The notes beneath the pieces were generated by a model. That model did no database searches. It was given only the letters and a program-made list of their open reading frames with translations, and was not told where the DNA came from. A DNA stretch of 63,694 nucleotides, the filler included, from Collodictyon triciliatum (Eukaryota), in NCBI GenBank assembly GCA_043381765.1. It is 10 parts of 10 records of this genome, joined end to end, with 100 filler letters (N's around TTAATTAATTAA, not from the genome) between each part and the next. Parts side by side here need not be neighbours in the genome. Positions count along the whole stretch, not along the records: positions 57,423 to 63,694 come from JBHJMP010004587.1; 9 more parts are not named here. One strand, 5' to 3'. Shown here piece after piece: positions 57,622 through 63,694 of the stretch; position 1 is the stretch's first letter, and every line of letters starts with the position of its first letter. A program made the translations under genes and the position numbers.

Positions 57622-60600
57622 TTATTCCAACATATTCATTTGATGCGACGTTTCCTTCTCTCCCATTTGGACTTTCGTATTCATACGCATTAGTTCGTGG
57701 TCTTGGCTAGATTAGAGGAAATAAACAGAAAAATATCGCTTTAGTTGTTTACTCTTTTTTTCTTCTTTTTTTCAATGCATACTAAAACAGTTAAAATAGA
57801 CTTACATTAGCCTGCTGGTTCCTCTTTTGATTGGGGTAACCTGTATAGGAGGTCTTGTAGAAGCGTCTGTTCTTGTTGGAGTTGGGCATGAGCGTTTCCT
57901 TTGATGATCTGCATTCCCGTGATGTTTACCCCCAGCATCGCCAGAACTGCCATGAGCTTTATTCGAAAGAGACGGAATGACAGCGATGATTAAGCGCTCT
58001 GGGATGAACTGAATCACCATTCCCCAGATTAGAGCAAAGAACCCAAACGCCACACACATGCCCCATTGCTCACTATTCAAGGGTTTGCAATGGAACACAG
58101 CACCGCCAAAGAATACAAGGAAGATCTGTTTACGAATGTTGTGGTTATATCGTGCGTCATACAGAAAAAATAAAACTGCGATGAGATGTTTCTCAAGGAA
58201 AGAAAATTCACCTGCACACCGAATGTACCGAACCAGATTACAATAAAAAGTTTGTTTGCAAGAATATTTCGAAATGGGTTGACTTCACCGTGCAGATTTC
58301 TATCAAGAAGAAAGAAATTTTTGGTTACTTTCGATTTCTAGGGACTATTGAGATACGTTCCATTCATATATTTAGAAAGCCCCCTAATTCGAAGGGATTG
58401 CATCGTACCTCGCATTAAACTCATTGAACAACTGCATCATTACAAAGGTGTTGAACACACAAGTCAAATGGGCCGATTCATCCTCACCAAACCCATCCTC
58501 CAAATTGAAGGAACTGGGACTGAACGTCATGGTCATTAGGACAACCAGCTGGTAGACAGACTATTGATAGGTTATAGTCCCTTGAGATATTGCGTGATGG
58601 TCATACAAGAATTACGCAGCGAATTGTTCATATTTTCCTTCTATTTCTTCTTTTGTCTCTCTTATCTGGTTGCCTTCTCTTCTGCTTTATATGAGTGATT
58701 ATAAATTACCTGTCCCAATATGTTGATGGCCATTCTAGCAGAGATAATCCCTTTGTCGCGGCCATATGGCTCACGGTTTAACAGCTCGTCGGTGGGGGGC
58801 TCAGTTGCCAGGGCCAGGGAAGCTAGTGAGTCCATCAAAAGATTGACCCAGAGGAGTTGAACAGCACCGAGTGGGGATTCCTCTTTGATGACTGAGCCAA
58901 AAAATGCCACAGTGATGGCAACCACATTGACTGTGAGCTGGAATTGGAGAAACTTTCCGATACTGTCATAAACGTTGCGACCCCACTTGACGGCTTTGAC
59001 GATACTGGTAAAGTTATCGTCCATCAGGATAATATCGCAGGCGTCCTATGAACACAAAGCTCCCATTACTTTCGGAATGAATAAGTAGGCCCTTTTTTCC
59101 CCCTTGTGTTCCTTGGATTATATAGTTAAAATGTACATTATAAAATGCAGATGATACAGCCAAAAAAATTACCTTTGCAACAGAGGTACCTTGGATACCC
59201 ATGGCAAAGCCCACATCTGCTTTTTTCAAGGCAGGTGCGTCGTTTGTTCCGTCGCCCGTGACAGCAACAACCTTTGCATATGTTAACAAGACGAAATGTG
59301 AAAAACTTCAACAAAATAAAATGAAGCGATGTGATAAAAGAGAGATAGACCAGGACAGATACATGAATATACCTGGCGATTGGGGTGAAGAGTGCTATTC
59401 AGAAGCCCAGTCACAAGAGTAAACTTATCGGCTGGGGATGACCGAGCCAGGACTCTCAGATGCGGCCAAATCTTGTCGAATTCAGTCTAAGAGCAGGAAA
59501 AAAAAATAAAGGTAAGAAGAAAAAGGCACAGATGACAGGAGTTTGCACTAATAATAATAAAAAAAAAAGTAAAATAAACCTGATTAATATTTCCGTTTTC
59601 AAGCACTCGTTTGCGAAAGACAGGTCCTTCCATAGCGGTGTTTTCGTCCATCCTTGTTTCAGGCTCAATAATACCACATTTCTTTGCGATGGATATTGCT
59701 GTGGTGTAATTATCACCTGTAGAAAAAGCAAGCGAGGAAAATGAGGTTTACGTGTGTTTAGTATGAGGCTGGATACTTGAATAAGAAAGAAGAACAAACC
59801 TGTCACCATGCGAACCGTAATTCCAGCCTTTTTGCAGATTCTGATGGCTTCTGGGACCTCTGGGCGAACAGGGTCTTCAATCCCCACTATTCCCAAACAA
59901 ATCAAATTCTTTTCCAAACTGGGTTCTCCATCAGGGTCAACCATGTCAAACACGCTTGTTTCGTTAGCTTCGAATTCCATGTAAGCAATACACAATGTCC
60001 TTAGACCTTGCGAGGCAAATGATTCGATCACCTGTGAGGAAAAACATTTATGTCAATAAAAAGGAATGAAACATAAGCGGATGCATAAGCTCATATAGAC
60101 AAAGGAATCATACGTTGTCCAGTACGTATCTTTTTTTGTCCTCCGTAAGCGGCATCAGAGTATTGTCTCCTGTTTTATAGTGGGTACATCTCTCAAGTAC
60201 GATTTCCGAAGCTCCCTTTTTCGTTTAATAAATTGTATTGATTTGGTGATTCTTTCTGAACACGAGCGAATGTAATCTCAAATACTATATTGTCGATTTC
60301 TCTCTATGGATGTTGATACATATTGGAAATGTACCTTGGTATGAATGCGATATTTATTACTTCCAGATTTAACAATGGTAGACATTCTTTTGCGCTTTGA
60401 GGAGAACGGATGGACATGAGCAACCTATGCGATGTCAATAATTTTAGATGTTGAAACATAAAGACAAAAAAAAAAAAGTTCATTCATGATTCGCATGATG
60501 CAAGTATAAGTCAAAACAACAACATAGACTGAACTCACGTCTGCATTTTCACGTATTTTCATGTAGTCGATGCCACATTCGACCAAAAATTTGACTAAAC

Positions 60601-63212
60601 TGCATTCAGTCTTATTTCCGATGTAGTCCCATAGTCCATTGGCGTCTTTGGTAATGCGACCTGTGGAATTGACCGAAATAGATTCGGCAAAAACCTGGCT
60701 GTATGACGAGTTCAAATGGGACAAACTGGGTTGATCTGCATTGCAGATAGGTGGCGTAGAGTGAAAACATCGTCAGATAACTAGTTGTATCATCTGTCAT
60801 TTGCAGCACAAATGCGGTGCAAAAGGACAGAATCATGGCATAAGATAGCATAATCTGAAAAGTGATTGGTACTGGGCATATTCTTGTCTCCAACCCACGC
60901 AGCCATGACAGACATTCGATTTGTCGTCAAAGTCCCTGTTTTGTCGCTGCAAATGGTGGTGGCACTGCCCCTAATACATTTAAGATAACCTTTAGAAAAA
61001 AAAACAGTGCGAAGCTGCATGTTACTGACTGTACATTTACATGATATTAACTAGATGTACACAGTTTTTCTTCATAGCGGTAGAGCGACAATCGTGTCGA
61101 TGACGGAAAAGCTTACATAGTCTCGCATGCATCCAAATGCTTCACAAGATTATTGTCCTCTAACATTTTTCCGACAGAAAAAGCGAGGGACAGCGTCACG
61201 GCGAGGGGCAATCCCTATGGAAAGAATCAATTATTTTCCTTTGAAGGGTAATGTATAACCTTAACGAAAGAGTAAAAATAAAAATAAAAAAAAACTCACT
61301 TCGGGGACAGCCACAACCAGGATTGTGATACCGGTGATCAAAAACTTCACTAGGTCTCCCCAATAGGAAGACTTCCAATCGTCCGCATGCTCCTCGACAA
61401 ATCGGATTACCATTACAACGACAGCAACAACAGCAACAAATGTCCCAATCTACATGTCACCATCTTAGAAATAAAAGGTAGAATAGCATGCGAAAAATAT
61501 GGTCTTATTATGAGAGAGGTGGTAAATGCACAATGGACGAACTTATAAATTTGACATGAGAATTAGAAGAAAAAAATGCCAGCTTTGATTGTTAAAGAGA
61601 ACCTTTCCAATAAATATGGCCATGACTTCAAGCTTTTCTTGGAGAACGGAGGAAGAGCCCTCGTCTTTCCTTTTTTATGGAACGAAAAATTATTTAAAAT
61701 ACGACATAAAGATCAACACTCTTTGTGCATATCATAACTTACCCTTCCTCTTCTTCTTTGTTCTCCTGGCCATCGTGCCCAAACTTTCCGGTAATAATTA
61801 GCTGCTTGATGATTCCAGCTTGCGAGTTTTGTCCAACAGCCATGACCATCATAGAACCACTGCCTTCCATGGCCTATGAAGAAAGCAGCAATGTTAAAAT
61901 TAGGATTTGTGTATATATTTTTCTTAAAAAAAAAAAAAGGAAAAGGAAAAACAGAGTAGTACGATTATTCAAACAATATAGAAGTCATTTTAGACGGTTT
62001 CACTCGAACTATGTGTTCATGTAAAATGTCAATACCTTTGTATTCGATAAAATGAAAGGACGCTCCGGTCCTTTTAGAATCAGGTCTGACTCGCCAGTTA
62101 ACGAACTCTCGTCAATCTTAAGGTTGTTGCCATGAATAAGGACGCCATCAGCTGGCAGAATGTCGCCTACGGCAATCTCGACCACATCACCAACACACAG
62201 GTCGAAGATGGATATAACCTACAACAAATATGTAAGGGAGTGACAAAGTTATGTTCCCTAGCTCGATAGAAAATTAGGCAGAGGGTATAATAAAAGAAGT
62301 GAAATTATATGGAATTTAAACCTGTTGCTTGCCTTCCCGAATGACATTTACAGGTACGTCTTGTGCCTGTGAGTTTAGCTTTCGAAACTGCTTCTCCTTG
62401 GCGTAGTCGTTTCCAGCAGAGACAAACACCACAATCACCACAGAGACTAGAATGGCGACACCTTCAATCCACTCGGCTCCGTGGCCTTCGATATTCTGCC
62501 ACACGCCTAATGTTCGTAATGAAAACAGACCTTACATGCCATCCTTGAACACGATTATTTCATTTTATATTATTAACATAATGAGAAGAAATAAATAAAT
62601 GTCAAGTACACACCCAATGCAATAGATACCACTGCGCTAGCCATCAACATGATGAGTGTAAAATCATGCAGAGCAGCCCACATCAAAGTGAGAAGTGATG
62701 TCTGCGGTTTAGTCGGCATGACATTTCTCCCAAAAATGAGCAGCCTCTGCGCCATATCTAATACAAAATGAACCTCATTCGTTCAGTTGGTTTGTAAAAT
62801 GAGAAACATAACTAGGACGTGATATTGTTGGAATTCAAAGAATTATTGTTCTATAGTCTCCCATACCATCTGAGTTACTTGAATCAATCCCATGTTTAAC
62901 GTCTAGATTTAGCTTCTGTCCTAATCCTTTCACACCTTTGAGTAGAATAGAACAATTGAATTTCGAATCATAAAAGGGTGCGACAAGATAACAGAAAGAT
63001 GATGGCGACTAAGGAAGGGAAGTACCAAGAAAGAAAGAAATCCCTTTACTACTAAAGTGAATTTGTTTGTTTATGCATACAGAGGGGCACTTTATGAAAG
63101 GCAAACCTCCATGCTTCTCAAGCATCTCCACACCAACAGATTTTTCTGCTTCGATGAGTTCTCGGAGATCCTTCACAGTAACATGAAAGTGAGTAGGGGA
63201 GACTGTCGCCAT
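57622..63212 (-). CDS. P-type 2B Ca2+-ATPase (PMCA-like), apparently complete, ~20 exons
   Basis: [64 protein letters not shown] and [22 protein letters not shown]. Confidence 0.96.
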
Positions 63213-63623
63213 CGAATCACCTGGACAACAACGGCGAATGAATTTCTACTCGGGCTAGTTGGTAGCTTTGTCACAGACTCTTTTCGATCGGCTCCTAGTC
63301 TTGTTCCCTTTACTTTTGGTGCCCAAAGGTCTCTTCGATGGTTGGGCGATTATACTCTACACGTGAGAGTTTGAGAGGGTTACATAGACTATGGAAATGA
63401 GTGAGGTAATGATGATGAAGCAAAATAAATGCTCCAGTCAATACTGTATGGAGGAGGGGTTGGATTATGTACATTCAGTGGTTTCATTATTTGTGAAAAG
63501 AGAGTTTGAAATAAGTGAAGGATAAAAGACATAGAAAGGTCGAATGAACGACAGAAGGGTGCGAGGAAAGACATTCGGTTCGTGCTTTTAAGCTCTGTTC
63601 TGTTGCGTCGTTTCTTTTTTTTT

Positions 63624-63673
<50 letters not shown>

Positions 63674-63694
63674 GGTACTTCACAAAAACGTGGA

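Noticed and set aside
62536-62543. 8-nt microexon (AAG|GATGGCAT|GTAAG) in the PMCA gene
   Set aside because: Inclusion would shift the frame; the flanking exons already join as LG|VWQ.

Overview
Eukaryotic (protist-like, AT-rich, intron-dense, standard genetic code) draft-genome sequence. It is not one locus: ten unrelated ~6.27-6.29 kb scaffolds are joined by artificial 100-nt linkers (N44-TTAATTAATTAA-N44), so no linkage can be inferred across linkers. Genes recognisable after manual splicing: an NHL-repeat protein, a secreted M28 aminopeptidase (5' half), an intronless SLC13/SLT-type transporter with TrkA-C domains plus the start of a paralog, the 3' end of topoisomerase III alpha, a cyclic-nucleotide-gated channel, a receptor-type adenylate/guanylate cyclase, TSC1/hamartin, Nup155/170, a WD40 (BEACH-like) C-terminus and a complete PMCA Ca2+-ATPase. 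Several L1/Tx1-like LINE remnants are also present. Three observations stand out. (1) A ~658-aa intracellular LRR gene is built from three tandem phase-0 modules (N-cap, variable number of 23-aa LRRs with hypervariable beta-strand faces, C-cap with variable loops, helical linker); this is a VLR-like, candidate diversified-receptor architecture. (2) A family of ultra-short (17-30 nt) retroposed inserts with long target-site duplications occurs in five different scaffolds. (3) A LINE 3' end carries a terminal stem-loop with a compensatory base-pair change. All calls come from reading the sequence and recalled family motifs; no searches were run.
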